From the NCBI GenBank assembly GCA_965232515.1, contig CBDDPY010000002.1:3296001-3360000 (forward strand): 64,000 bases of DNA, in the 5' to 3' direction. The position numbers and the translations under genes were made by a program. This stretch comes from Alphaproteobacteria bacterium (lineage in GTDB: Bacteria > Pseudomonadota > Alphaproteobacteria > GCA-2731375). The notes beneath the pieces are model-generated. The model saw only the letters and a list, made by a program, of their open reading frames with translations, ran no database searches and was not told the DNA's origin. Shown one piece after another: positions 18,498-28,221 of the stretch (its first letter is position 1; each line of letters begins with the position of its first letter).

Positions 18498-19487
18498 ATG
18501 AAAGTTGTGATTACCGGCGGGGGCGGCTTCATCGGCCGGAAGCTGGCGGCCAAGCTGCTGCAGAAGGGCAAGCTTGCCGGCACGGACGGGTCTCAGCAGA
18601 CCATCGACGAACTGGTGCTGTTCGACATGGTAGCGCCGCCGGCCGACGAAACGGGGGACAGCCGGATCAAGGTCGTCACAGGCGATCTGACCGACCGCGA
18701 CCTGATCGCCGACCTGATCGATGCCGATACGGCGAGCGTGTTCCATCTGGCCGCTGTTGTCAGCGCCGGCGCCGAGGCCGACTTCGAGCTCGGCTACAAG
18801 GTCAATCTGGACGGCACCCGCCTCGTGCTGGACGCCTGCCGCGCCCTGCCGCATGCGCCGCGGCTGGTCTTTGCCAGCTCGATCGCCGTCTATGGCGGCC
18901 GCGAGATCCCCGATGTGGTCGAGGATGCCACGCCGCTGATGCCGCAGACCTCCTATGGCGCCCAGAAGGTGATCGGCGAGTTGCTGGTCAACGACTATAG
19001 CCGCAAGGGCTATATCGACGGCCGGGCAATGCGGTTACCGACCATCGTCGTGCGGCCGGGCAAGCCCAACAAGGCGGCGTCCGGCTTCGCCTCCAGCATC
19101 GTCCGCGAGCCGTTGAACGGTATCGATTTCGAATGTCCGGTCCGGCCGGAGAGCGAGATGGCGATAATGTCGCCGCGTGCCGTCATCGACGCCTTCATGC
19201 ACATGCACGATCTCGACGCCGAGGGATTGGGCGACAGCCGGGCGTTGCTGCTGCCGGGGCTGCGGGTGAGCCAGGCGGAGTCGGTCGCCGCCATCGGCCG
19301 GGTCGCCGGCGACCGCAAGGTCGGTCGTATCGACTTCAAGATCGATCCCGACATCCAGGCGATCGTCGACGGTTGGCCGAAGGGTACGCATTCGGCCCGC
19401 GCCGAGGCGCTGGGCTTCAAGGGCGACGCCAACATGGACGATATCGTCCGGGCGCACATCGAGGACGAACTGAGCGCGCCGGCCTGA
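18498..19487 (+). CDS. denD: D-erythronate dehydrogenase-like extended SDR
   Basis: ITGGGGFIG, HLAAVVSAGAEADFELG, SYGAQK, RLPTIVVRPGKPNKAASGFASSIVREPL. Confidence 0.78.
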   Translation: MKVVITGGGGFIGRKLAAKLLQKGKLAGTDGSQQTIDELVLFDMVAPPADETGDSRIKVVTGDLTDRDLIADLIDADTASVFHLAAVVSAGAEADFELGYKVNLDGTRLVLDACRALPHAPRLVFASSIAVYGGREIPDVVEDATPLMPQTSYGAQKVIGELLVNDYSRKGYIDGRAMRLPTIVVRPGKPNKAASGFASSIVREPLNGIDFECPVRPESEMAIMSPRAVIDAFMHMHDLDAEGLGDSRALLLPGLRVSQAESVAAIGRVAGDRKVGRIDFKIDPDIQAIVDGWPKGTHSARAEALGFKGDANMDDIVRAHIEDELSAPA

Positions 19488-19524
19488 CCGGCGCGCGGCA
19501 ACAACAAGAACAGGGATGGGACAC

Positions 19525-20265
19525 ATGAGCGGACGGCTGGCCGGAAAGAAATGCTTCGTGACGGCGGCGGGACAGGGCATCGGCCGGGCGACGGCGGAAG
19601 CCTTTCTGAGCGAGGGCGCCGAGGTCGTCGCCACCGACATCGACGCCGGCAAGCTGTCCTATCTCGAGGGCCGAGCCGGCGCCACGGCGCAGGCGCTCGA
19701 CGTGCTGGACGCCGATGCCATTGCCGCGGCGGCGGCCGCGCACGGCCCGGTCGACGTGTTGTTCAACTGCGCCGGCTTCGTGCATCACGGCGCGCTGCTC
19801 GAGTGCACGGAAGACGAATGGGACTTCGCCTTCGCGCTGAACGTGAAGCCCATGTACCGCGCCATCAAGGCATTCCTGCCGGCAATGCTGGAGAATGGCG
19901 GCGGTTCGATCATCAACATGGCCTCGGTCGCCTCGTCGCTGAAAGGCATCGCCTTTCGCTGCGCCTACGGCGCCTCGAAGGCCGCCGTGATCGGCCTGAC
20001 GAAGTCCGTCGCCGCCGACTATGTCGGACAGGGCATCCGCTGCAACGCGTTGGCGCCGGGCACGGTGCAGTCGCCCTCATTGGACGACCGCATCAACGCC
20101 TTCGACGATCCCGTGGAGGCGCGCAAGACCTTCATCGCGCGCCAGCCCATGGGCCGGCTGGGCACGGCCGAGGAGATCGCCGTGATGGCGGTCTATCTCG
20201 CCTCCGACGAGAGCGTCTTCACCACCGGTCAGGTCATGGTCATCGACGGCGGCATCACGCTTTAG
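19525..20265 (+). CDS. SDR oxidoreductase (2-keto-3-deoxy-L-fuconate dehydrogenase/BDH2-like)
   Basis: TAAGQGIG, LFNCAGFVHHG, YGASK, FIARQPMGRLG. Confidence 0.85.
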   Translation: MSGRLAGKKCFVTAAGQGIGRATAEAFLSEGAEVVATDIDAGKLSYLEGRAGATAQALDVLDADAIAAAAAAHGPVDVLFNCAGFVHHGALLECTEDEWDFAFALNVKPMYRAIKAFLPAMLENGGGSIINMASVASSLKGIAFRCAYGASKAAVIGLTKSVAADYVGQGIRCNALAPGTVQSPSLDDRINAFDDPVEARKTFIARQPMGRLGTAEEIAVMAVYLASDESVFTTGQVMVIDGGITL

Positions 20266-20286
20266 TGGCGCCGGCCGTTATGGCCG

Positions 20287-20375
20287 GGGCTTGACCCATC
20301 CCACTCCCCCACCCGACCACCCATTGAGCATACTTCCGTGGGTGGTCGGGTGGGGGAGTGGGATGGGTCAAGCCC
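20287..20375. repeat. Perfect 37-bp inverted repeat with 15-nt spacer
   Basis: GGGCTTGACCCATCCCACTCCCCCACCCGACCACCCA (20287-20323) and its exact reverse complement (20339-20375), between convergent genes. Confidence 0.9.
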
Positions 20376-20382
20376 GACTAAA

Positions 20383-21135
20383 TCAATAAGTCGAGCGGCC
20401 GCCGGTCAAATCGAACACCGCGCCGGTTGAGAACGAGCATTCACTCGAAGCCAGCCAGGCCACCATGGCGGCCGCCTCCTCGGTCAGGCCGAGACGCCCC
20501 ATGGGAATTTTCGACAGCATATAGTCGATGTGTTCCTGCGTGATCTGGTCGAAGATGTCCGTGCGGATTGCCGCCGGTGTCACGCAATTCACGATCACGC
20601 CGCTCTCGGCCAGTTCCTTGCCCAGCGACTTGGTCAGGCCGATGACACCGGCCTTGGCGGCGCTGTAGGCCGAGGCATTCGGGTTGCCTTCCTTGCCGGC
20701 GACGGACGCGATATTGACGATGCGGCCATAGCCGTTCTGCATCATGTGCGGCACCAGGGCCCGACAGCACAGAAACACCGCCGTCAGATCCAGATCGATG
20801 ACCTGACGCCATTCGTCGACCGGATAGTCCCAGGTCTTCAGCACCGGCCCGGCGATGCCGGCGTTGTTGACCAGGATGTCTACCTTGCTGTGGCTGTTGA
20901 TGGCAACGTCGATCGCGTCCTGTACCTGGGCCGGATCGGTCACGTCGACCCGCGCCGCGCTCAACACGTCGTCGGCGTCGAGCGAGCGCCGCGCCGCGTC
21001 CAGCGCCGCTTGGTCGACGTCCCACATCACCGCCCGCGCGCCGGACGCCAGCAGCCGTTGGGTGACGGCGAGCCCAATGCCGCGGGCACCGCCGGTGACA
21101 ACGGCCGTGCGGCCGTCAAGATCGATCTTGTTCAC
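20383..21135 (-). CDS. FabG-like SDR oxidoreductase
   Basis: TGGARGIG, NNAG, SVAGKEGNPNASAYSAAK. Confidence 0.9.
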   Translation of the reverse strand: MNKIDLDGRTAVVTGGARGIGLAVTQRLLASGARAVMWDVDQAALDAARRSLDADDVLSAARVDVTDPAQVQDAIDVAINSHSKVDILVNNAGIAGPVLKTWDYPVDEWRQVIDLDLTAVFLCCRALVPHMMQNGYGRIVNIASVAGKEGNPNASAYSAAKAGVIGLTKSLGKELAESGVIVNCVTPAAIRTDIFDQITQEHIDYMLSKIPMGRLGLTEEAAAMVAWLASSECSFSTGAVFDLTGGRSTY

Positions 21136-21221
21136 GCGCCTCTCCTCCCAAACACGTCAATTCCCCCTTCACCACCCAAACTGTCAGCGGCGGGTTCGGC
21201 GCAGATCATTGCAGCCGCCGC

Positions 21222-22637
21222 CTAGCGCATCAACGCCATCGTCAATCCGACCATCCAGATCGAGACCGCGAACAGGCCGAGGATGGTGAAGCGGCCGTTC
21301 CAGTCGTGCCCGACCTCGCGGCCGGTACGGCCGGACATCCGCGCGATGATCAGGGTGGTCAGCGTGAAAGGCGAGGCGCCGATGCAGAGCCCCCAGCCCG
21401 CCATGTAAGCGGCGGCGAGCATGTAGGGCGGAATGCCCAGCACGTCGGGCGCCGGCATCGCCGTGCCGACGACGATGACCGTGATGATCGGATTGAGCCC
21501 GAGCTGTCCGCCGAGCACGACGAGCCAGACGACCAGAACGGGCACCATCACGGTCGGCAGCACGCCCGACAGCAGCAGGTCGGCAATCTGCTCGGTCGGC
21601 AACACCGTCGCGATCATGCTGCCGGCGAAAGCGGCGCTGACCAGAATGGTGATCTCCATGCGGTAGGCCGGATAGACGAAAACCGTCTGCCGCCAAAGCC
21701 GCCGCCAAGTCCAGGCCAATGCCCGCCGGGCGCCCATGAACAGGCCCTGGACCAGGATCCAACCGGTGGCGATCACTGGCACGGTGACGATGACGGCGAC
21801 GATCAGCCGCAGATCGGTCATCTCCTCGACCGTAAACGCGGCCAGAAAGATAAACGCCACCAGACCGATCAGCCGCAGCTGCACAGACCAGTTGTCGTCG
21901 CTGTGCATAACAGGTGGCGGCGCCTGGGGCCGCGGCGCCGTCATCCTGTCGTAGAGCCAGCCGAACGCCAGCATCAACACCGCAGTTGCAAACGCGATTG
22001 GCAGAACCTGCTGCCACTCGGCGCCGGGCGTCAACGACAGCGACAGTGCCAGGGTGACCGACAAGGGCGACCAGGCCGGCGACATGGAGAAACCGCGCAG
22101 CACGGCCAGCAGCATGCGCCGTTCGCGCACCGCCTGGATGCGTTCGTTGCCGCCGGCCGCCGCCAGCGTATTGGTCCGCAGCACCATGGTGCCGAGCAGC
22201 TGCAGCGACCCGAAGCTGAGGATCAGCCCGAACAGATTGCCGCCGATGGTCAGCGCGGCGTAGCGCCGGCCGGGCGGCTGTGAAATCAGCTGCTGACCGC
22301 AGCGGCGGATCATGCGGCTGCCCTCGGCCGCCGTGCGCAGGAAGCCGACCGCGGTGAACATGGTGGCGTAATAGCAGGCCGTGCGCAGCGCCTCGATCGT
22401 CTTGGCGACGGTATCGTCGATCTGCAGCGCAATGGATATGCCCACGACCAGACCGGCGCCAAGAATGATCTTGCCGGTGCGTGGCAGGGCGACGACCTGA
22501 CTGGCGACGTAGACGATCAGCGCGGCGGCCGCCAGCAAGCCCGCGCTTTCAAGATCCAAGGTCTCGCGGACGATCGTAGCCAGCAGCACGATCGTCAATG
22601 CCAGGCCCGCGACCAGAGACGGTCGGCGCGCCGCCAT
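21222..22637 (-). CDS. Polytopic membrane protein, probable transporter of unassigned family
   Basis: More than ten hydrophobic segments in two blocks; RGFS..WSP; 12 bp downstream of the CoA ligase. Confidence 0.65.
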   Translation of the reverse strand: MAARRPSLVAGLALTIVLLATIVRETLDLESAGLLAAAALIVYVASQVVALPRTGKIILGAGLVVGISIALQIDDTVAKTIEALRTACYYATMFTAVGFLRTAAEGSRMIRRCGQQLISQPPGRRYAALTIGGNLFGLILSFGSLQLLGTMVLRTNTLAAAGGNERIQAVRERRMLLAVLRGFSMSPAWSPLSVTLALSLSLTPGAEWQQVLPIAFATAVLMLAFGWLYDRMTAPRPQAPPPVMHSDDNWSVQLRLIGLVAFIFLAAFTVEEMTDLRLIVAVIVTVPVIATGWILVQGLFMGARRALAWTWRRLWRQTVFVYPAYRMEITILVSAAFAGSMIATVLPTEQIADLLLSGVLPTVMVPVLVVWLVVLGGQLGLNPIITVIVVGTAMPAPDVLGIPPYMLAAAYMAGWGLCIGASPFTLTTLIIARMSGRTGREVGHDWNGRFTILGLFAVSIWMVGLTMALMR

Positions 22638-22649
22638 CGACAGCTCCCC

Positions 22650-24296
22650 TTATTCTCGACCCTCAGCTACGCCAATGGCGGCGGCGTCGAACTGGTTTCT
22701 ATAGCGTTCCCGCAACGCCGTCTTCAGAATTTTGCCGGTGGCCGTGTGCGGCAGGTCGTCGACGACCAGGATCTCGTCGGGCAGCCACCACTTCGCCACG
22801 TGCGCCGACAGGTGCCGACGTACGACATCGGTATCGAGCGTCACACCGGCGTCCGGCACCAGGAGCAACAGCGGCCGCTCCTGCCACTTCGCATGCGGCA
22901 CGCCGATCACGGCCGCTTCGGCCACGCCGGGGACGCCAACGGCGAGGTTTTCGAGTTCGATGGTGCTGATCCACTCGCCGCCCGACTTGATCACATCCTT
23001 GGCGCGGTCGGTAATCCGCATCCGGCCGCGCGCATCGATGGTGCCGACATCGCCGGTGGCGAGGTAGCCATCCGCATCGACGACCGGATCGTCGTCACGG
23101 CCGTAGTAACCGGCCGTGATCCACGGACCGCGCACGCCGATTTGGCCGACCGACCGGCCGTCATGCGGCAACGGGCAGCCGTCGTCGTCGGTGACGCGGA
23201 ACTCGCAACCGAACACCGCACGGCCCTGGCTGATCCGCGCGGTCATCGCCGCATCGCCGACTTCGTCGGTGTCGGGCCGACCGAAGGTGCAGGCAGCGGT
23301 CGTTTCCGTCATGCCCCAGGCATGCACCAGTTCGACGCCGTGGCCGCGCGCGAGCCGCTCGATCAACGCGCGCGGCGGCGCCGCGCCGCCACAGCCGACG
23401 CGCTGCAGGCTGTCCAATCGTTCCCCCGTCCGGTCCAGATGCGCCAGCAGGTCGAGCCAGACCGTCGGCACGGCGAAGGACAGCGTGACGCGCTCGGACT
23501 CGATCAGGTCGTAGAGGTCCGCTGCGTCGAAGGCACGTCCCGGCAACACCAGCCCGGCGCCCGTCATCGGAGCCGAGAACGGCGAACTCCAGCCGTTGCA
23601 GTGAAACAGCGGCGCCAACGGCAGCATTGTATCGCGGCCACTGATGCCGAAGCCGTCGCGACCGCAAATCGCCATCGCCTGAAGGATCGAGGCCCGGTGG
23701 CTGTAGAGCACGCCCTTTGGCTGCCCCGTCGTGCCTGAGGTGTAGCACATGCTGGCGGCCGAGCGCTCGTCCAGCACCGGCCAAGAATAACCGGCGTCGC
23801 CGTCAGCCAACAGATCCTCGTAGCACAGCACCGCCGGCAGGCGCGTCGACGGCAGACCGGCCCGATCGGTCAGCAAAACGTAGTGCTCGACGTCGGTCAG
23901 CTTATGCTCGATCGTTTCAACGAGCTCCAGGCAATCGGGATCGACGAACAGCAGCCGGTCGCCGGCATGGTTGATGGTGTAGACGATCTGCTCGGCGAAC
24001 AGACGTGGATTGGCCGTATGCAGGACGGCGCCCAAACCGCCAACGCCGTAGAACAGCTCGACATAGCGGTATCTGTTCCAGGCGAGCGCGCCGACACGGT
24101 CGCCGGGTCGAATGCCGAGCCGCGCGAGGGCGGACGCCAACCGGCGCGACCGCGTAGCCGTCTCGGCATAACTGGTGCGGTGGATCTCGCCATCGGCCTC
24201 CCGCGAGACGATCTCGGCATCGCCATGCCACGTCGCCGCGTGCTCGAGCACGGTCGGCAGCAGCAGCGGCCGGTCCTGCATCAAGCCCGACAGCAT
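22650..24296 (-). CDS. Acyl-CoA ligase (AlkK/DmdB-like)
   Basis: [51 protein letters not shown]. Confidence 0.9.
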   Translation of the reverse strand: MLSGLMQDRPLLLPTVLEHAATWHGDAEIVSREADGEIHRTSYAETATRSRRLASALARLGIRPGDRVGALAWNRYRYVELFYGVGGLGAVLHTANPRLFAEQIVYTINHAGDRLLFVDPDCLELVETIEHKLTDVEHYVLLTDRAGLPSTRLPAVLCYEDLLADGDAGYSWPVLDERSAASMCYTSGTTGQPKGVLYSHRASILQAMAICGRDGFGISGRDTMLPLAPLFHCNGWSSPFSAPMTGAGLVLPGRAFDAADLYDLIESERVTLSFAVPTVWLDLLAHLDRTGERLDSLQRVGCGGAAPPRALIERLARGHGVELVHAWGMTETTAACTFGRPDTDEVGDAAMTARISQGRAVFGCEFRVTDDDGCPLPHDGRSVGQIGVRGPWITAGYYGRDDDPVVDADGYLATGDVGTIDARGRMRITDRAKDVIKSGGEWISTIELENLAVGVPGVAEAAVIGVPHAKWQERPLLLLVPDAGVTLDTDVVRRHLSAHVAKWWLPDEILVVDDLPHTATGKILKTALRERYRNQFDAAAIGVAEGRE

Positions 24297-24308
24297 GGCC
24301 GTTTCTGC

Positions 24309-25175
24309 TTAGCGCTTATCGCGCACGAAGGGATAGATGCGGGTGAAATCGGTGTCCGGCTCAACCGCCTGAAAACGTTGCCAGATCTCCGCCAGCGTCG
24401 CGCCCATGGTATCGGGCGTGCCGGCGGCGCGCACGTTCTCCAGATAGAGCGTCACGTCCTTGGTCATCAGCGTATTGGTGAAGCCGGCGTCGTATTTGTC
24501 CGGCAGGATGCGGTTCGGGAACTTGTCCGACGTCGCCGTGTTCTGGCCGCTCGACGCGTTCAGCACGTCCAGCATCTGCGCCATGTCGAGGCCCTGCTCG
24601 ACGCCGAACGCCACCGCTTCGCTGGTCGCCGCCATGGCCGTGGCCGAGAGGAAATTGTTGGCGAGCTTCATCGCCTGCCCCTGACCGGGCGTGTCGCCCA
24701 CATGGAACACGTTGCGGGACATCGACGACAGAACAGGTTCCAACCGCTCGAACAGTGCCTTATCGCCGCCGCACATGACGGCGATGGTGCCGGCCTTGGC
24801 GCCGGCTGTGCCGCCGGACACGGGCGCGTCGAGATAGGCGATATCGGCCCGCGACAGCCGGGCATGCACCTGCTGCGCCGCGGCGATGCCGATGGTCGAG
24901 AGATCGACCAGCGCCGATGTCACGCGCGCGTTGCTCTCGGCGATCTCCTCGGCGACGGCGGCCACCACCGGTCCGTCCGGCAGGCTGAGGAAGACCGTCT
25001 CGGCCGCGGCGGCGACTTCGGCGACCGAGGCCGCGATGTCGGCACCGGCCGGCGCCCGGTCCGCCGTGCCGGCCGCGTCGTACACGATCAAATCGTGCCC
25101 GCCCTTGGCGATATTGGCGGCGATCGGCCCGCCCATATTGCCGAGGCCGATAAAGCCGATCTTGCCGTCGCTCAT
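24309..25175 (-). CDS. Beta-hydroxyacid dehydrogenase (3-hydroxyisobutyrate dehydrogenase family)
   Basis: GFIGLGNMG, LDAPVSGG, GQAMKLANN. Confidence 0.9.
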   Translation of the reverse strand: MSDGKIGFIGLGNMGGPIAANIAKGGHDLIVYDAAGTADRAPAGADIAASVAEVAAAAETVFLSLPDGPVVAAVAEEIAESNARVTSALVDLSTIGIAAAQQVHARLSRADIAYLDAPVSGGTAGAKAGTIAVMCGGDKALFERLEPVLSSMSRNVFHVGDTPGQGQAMKLANNFLSATAMAATSEAVAFGVEQGLDMAQMLDVLNASSGQNTATSDKFPNRILPDKYDAGFTNTLMTKDVTLYLENVRAAGTPDTMGATLAEIWQRFQAVEPDTDFTRIYPFVRDKR

Positions 25176-25558
25176 GCTTTTTCGGCCTTCATCTCGTCCA
25201 GAATGCCGCGGGCGATCCGGAACGACTCGACACCGGCGGGAATGCCGCAATAGACCGCGATCTGGATCAGCACTTCCTTCAGTTCCTCTTGCGTCAGGCC
25301 GTTGTTGATGGCGCCGCGGAAATGCAGGCCGAATTCGTGGCTGCGGCCGAGGGCGGCCAGCATGCCGAGATTCAGGATGCTGCGCTGCTGTTTGCTGAGC
25401 ACGCCGCGCCCCCAGGTGCCGCCCCAGCAATAGTCGTTCAGGATGTCCTGGAAATCGCTGTTGAAGTCATCGACGTTGTTCAAGGCCCTGTCGACATATT
25501 CGTCGCCCAACACCTCGCGGCGGATTTTCAAGCCGCGTTCCAGTTGCTCCCGGTCCAT
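25172..25558 (-). CDS. Carboxymuconolactone decarboxylase-family protein
   Basis: RREVLGDEYVDRA...WGGTWGR...QIAVYCGIPAG. Confidence 0.88.
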   Translation of the reverse strand: MDREQLERGLKIRREVLGDEYVDRALNNVDDFNSDFQDILNDYCWGGTWGRGVLSKQQRSILNLGMLAALGRSHEFGLHFRGAINNGLTQEELKEVLIQIAVYCGIPAGVESFRIARGILDEMKAEKA

Positions 25559-25687
25559 GACGCTTCCTTTCTGAATGTTGCTTGCTCGGAGATTGGCCAA
25601 AGGCGGCTATTATGAGGACTAGTTTTGATCCGGCCAACGAAGCAACGCATGCTTGCCGCCGGTTTCTGTGGACAAGGGAGGCGCGGC

Positions 25688-26455
25688 ATGGCGCGGGTGC
25701 AGGGAAAGGTCGCGATCGTCACGGGCGCGGCGTCGGGTATTGGCCGGGCGACAGCCGAACTGCTGGCCCGCGAGGGCGCCACGGTGCTGCTAACCGACCG
25801 CAACGAGGCGGACGGCCATACGGCAGCCGAAGCAATCAACGCCGCCGGCGGTGAAGCCGCTTTCGTGCGCCACGACGTCACGGACGAAGCCGACTGGACC
25901 TCCGTCGTCGACGGTTTGATGCGCCGAACCGGCCGCCTCGACATACTGGTCAACAATGCCGGCGTCAGCGGCGGCCTGCGCCCCATCGTCGATACCACGC
26001 TCGACGACTGGCGGGCCTGCCTCTCGGTCAATCTCGATGGCGTGTTTCTGGGCGTCAAGCACGGCGCGCGGGCGATGCGGCAATCGGGCGGCGGGTCGAT
26101 CATCAATATCTCGTCGGTCCTGGGCCTGGTCGGCATGCCGCAAGCCGCCGCCTATGCGGCCTCGAAGGGCGGCGTTCGCCTGCTGACCAAGGCAGCCGCG
26201 ATGGAATTCGCGGCCAGCGGCGACAACATCCGCGTCAATTCGGTGCATCCCGGCTTCATCCGCACGCCGATGACCAAGGCCCGCGAGCCCAGCCGCGAAG
26301 CGGAATGGGAGGCTTTCATGCACTCGGTGCAGCCGACCGGCGAGATCGGCGATCCAACCGATATCGCCGAGGGCATTCTGCATCTGGCGTCCGACGCCAG
26401 CCGTTTCATGACCGGCAGCGAGCTGGTCATCGACGGCGGCATCACGGCGCGTTGA
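25688..26455 (+). CDS. SDR oxidoreductase (glucose/cyclic alcohol dehydrogenase-like)
   Basis: TGAASGIG, NNAG, YAASKGG, NSVHPG. Confidence 0.9.
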   Translation: MARVQGKVAIVTGAASGIGRATAELLAREGATVLLTDRNEADGHTAAEAINAAGGEAAFVRHDVTDEADWTSVVDGLMRRTGRLDILVNNAGVSGGLRPIVDTTLDDWRACLSVNLDGVFLGVKHGARAMRQSGGGSIINISSVLGLVGMPQAAAYAASKGGVRLLTKAAAMEFAASGDNIRVNSVHPGFIRTPMTKAREPSREAEWEAFMHSVQPTGEIGDPTDIAEGILHLASDASRFMTGSELVIDGGITAR

Positions 26456-26484
26456 CGCGGACGGTAATTGCAAGGGAGGAGAGT

Positions 26485-27288
26485 ATGAGCGGTCCGGAAA
26501 CCTACGAGGTCTTCGCGGTGAAGTACGGCACGCTGCAGGAGCGGCAGCGGCACCATAACTTCATCCAGACCGATCCGCATGAAGGTCACATGCCGCTTGA
26601 CTATTACGTCTGGGCCATCGTCAACGAGAACCGGACCATCGTCGTCGACACCGGCTTCGACCACGCCGAGGGCGAACGCCGCGGCCGACAGATCCTGCGG
26701 CTGCCGCGCGAGGGCCTGTCGATGCTGGACATCGACGCCGGCCAGGTCGAGGACGTGATCGTCACCCACCTGCACTACGACCATGCCGGCACGCTGGACG
26801 ATTTTCCGAAAGCCCGGTTCCACATCCAGGACGACGAGCTGATCTACACGACCGGCCGGCACATGTGTCACGCGCCGTTCGGTCACGCGTATTCGGCCGA
26901 GCACGTCTGCACCATGGTGCGGCGGATCTTCGACGGTCGCGTCGCCTTCCACGACGGCGACGACGAGATTGCGCCCGGCATCAGCGTGCACCGGATCGGC
27001 GGCCATACAATGGGCTTGCAATGCGTGCGCGTGCTGACCAAGCGCGGCTGGGTGGTCCTGGCGTCAGACGCCAGCCACTTCTATGAGAACATGGAAGCGG
27101 TCTCGCCGTTCCCGATCGTGTTCAACGTCGCCGAGATGGTCGAGGGCTACGAAAAGATGCGTCGGCTCGCCGAATCACCGCAGCACATCATCCCGGGCCA
27201 CGACCCGTTGGTGATGCAGCGCTACGCCACGCCGAAGGCGGACCTGGCCGATGTGGTGGTCCGCCTCGACGTCGCGCCGAACGGTTAG
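26485..27288 (+). CDS. Metallo-beta-lactamase-fold lactonase (AHL-lactonase family)
   Basis: THLHYDHAG (HxHxDH), GGHT, SDASHFY, PGHD. Confidence 0.88.
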   Translation: MSGPETYEVFAVKYGTLQERQRHHNFIQTDPHEGHMPLDYYVWAIVNENRTIVVDTGFDHAEGERRGRQILRLPREGLSMLDIDAGQVEDVIVTHLHYDHAGTLDDFPKARFHIQDDELIYTTGRHMCHAPFGHAYSAEHVCTMVRRIFDGRVAFHDGDDEIAPGISVHRIGGHTMGLQCVRVLTKRGWVVLASDASHFYENMEAVSPFPIVFNVAEMVEGYEKMRRLAESPQHIIPGHDPLVMQRYATPKADLADVVVRLDVAPNG

Positions 27289-27295
27289 CCGGATA

Positions 27296-27955
27296 TCAGC
27301 CGGCGGACCGGCCGGTGTCCGCCAGCCCGGATTCCATCAGTCCGCGCTTCTTGCGCAATGCGCCCAACAGCGCCTCGATGTTGCCGCCGCCGCTGCGGAT
27401 CACCGAGGTGAACTCGGACCGCTGCACCAGCGACAAGCTGACGCCCTCGACCACCACATCGACGATGCGCCAGCCGAATTCGCCCTCGTAGAGCCGCCAG
27501 TTGATCGCAATCGGCGGCCCCTCGGGGCGCACGATCTTACTGCGCACCACGGCATAACCGGCGCCATCCGGCCGCGAATCGGCGATCCGGAGCGTCTCGC
27601 CGCCATAGGCCGAGAGGCGGGCACCGTAGCTGCCGACGATATAGTCCTCGAACAGACTCAGATATTCGTCGCGCTGCGCTTCGGTGGCGCGCCGCCAGTA
27701 GCGGCCCAACACGAAGCGCGCGACCCGCGGCATGTCGAAGCCTTCACTCAACAACTCCCGGAAGGTTTCCTGCCGCGTCTCCGGCGACAGCGATTCGTCC
27801 CGCAGCATCGCAACCGCCCGATCGCCGAGGCCCCTCACCACGGCTGCCGGATCGGCATCGTCGGCAAACGCCGGCGACGCTACCGTCAGAATCGCCAAGC
27901 CGATCGCCGCGAGCAATATCGCCAGCCGGACATGTAGATGTACCAGTCCCGTCAT
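27296..27955 (-). CDS. MlaC/Ttg2D-family periplasmic lipid-binding protein
   Basis: Signal peptide; FDMPRVARFVLGRYW; WRIVDVVVEGVSLSLVQRSEF. Confidence 0.85.
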   Translation of the reverse strand: MTGLVHLHVRLAILLAAIGLAILTVASPAFADDADPAAVVRGLGDRAVAMLRDESLSPETRQETFRELLSEGFDMPRVARFVLGRYWRRATEAQRDEYLSLFEDYIVGSYGARLSAYGGETLRIADSRPDGAGYAVVRSKIVRPEGPPIAINWRLYEGEFGWRIVDVVVEGVSLSLVQRSEFTSVIRSGGGNIEALLGALRKKRGLMESGLADTGRSAG

Positions 27956-28221
27956 CGCCTTGACCCCTAACTTTCACGGGCGTCCGGCGAAAGGCCGATA
28001 TCATGGCATTCCAGCAGGGCCCGAACCTTATGTGCTGTCAATATTAACAACTTAATGCGTCTTGGCCGAAGGCGTTGTAATCCCGGTCACACAAAACCGA
28101 CAAAACGGGGCAAATTTGATCGATTCGCCGTGATTCATACCGCATTCATGGTTAACGAATTCGTGATGCGGCAATTCGGTACACTGGCGGCTGGCGGACA
28201 GACGGGAAGGAGACGGCGGGA

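Noticed and set aside
26485-27288. Quorum-quenching or beta-lactam resistance role for the MBL protein
   Set aside because: The fold alone cannot show this, and the catabolic context favours a metabolic lactonase.
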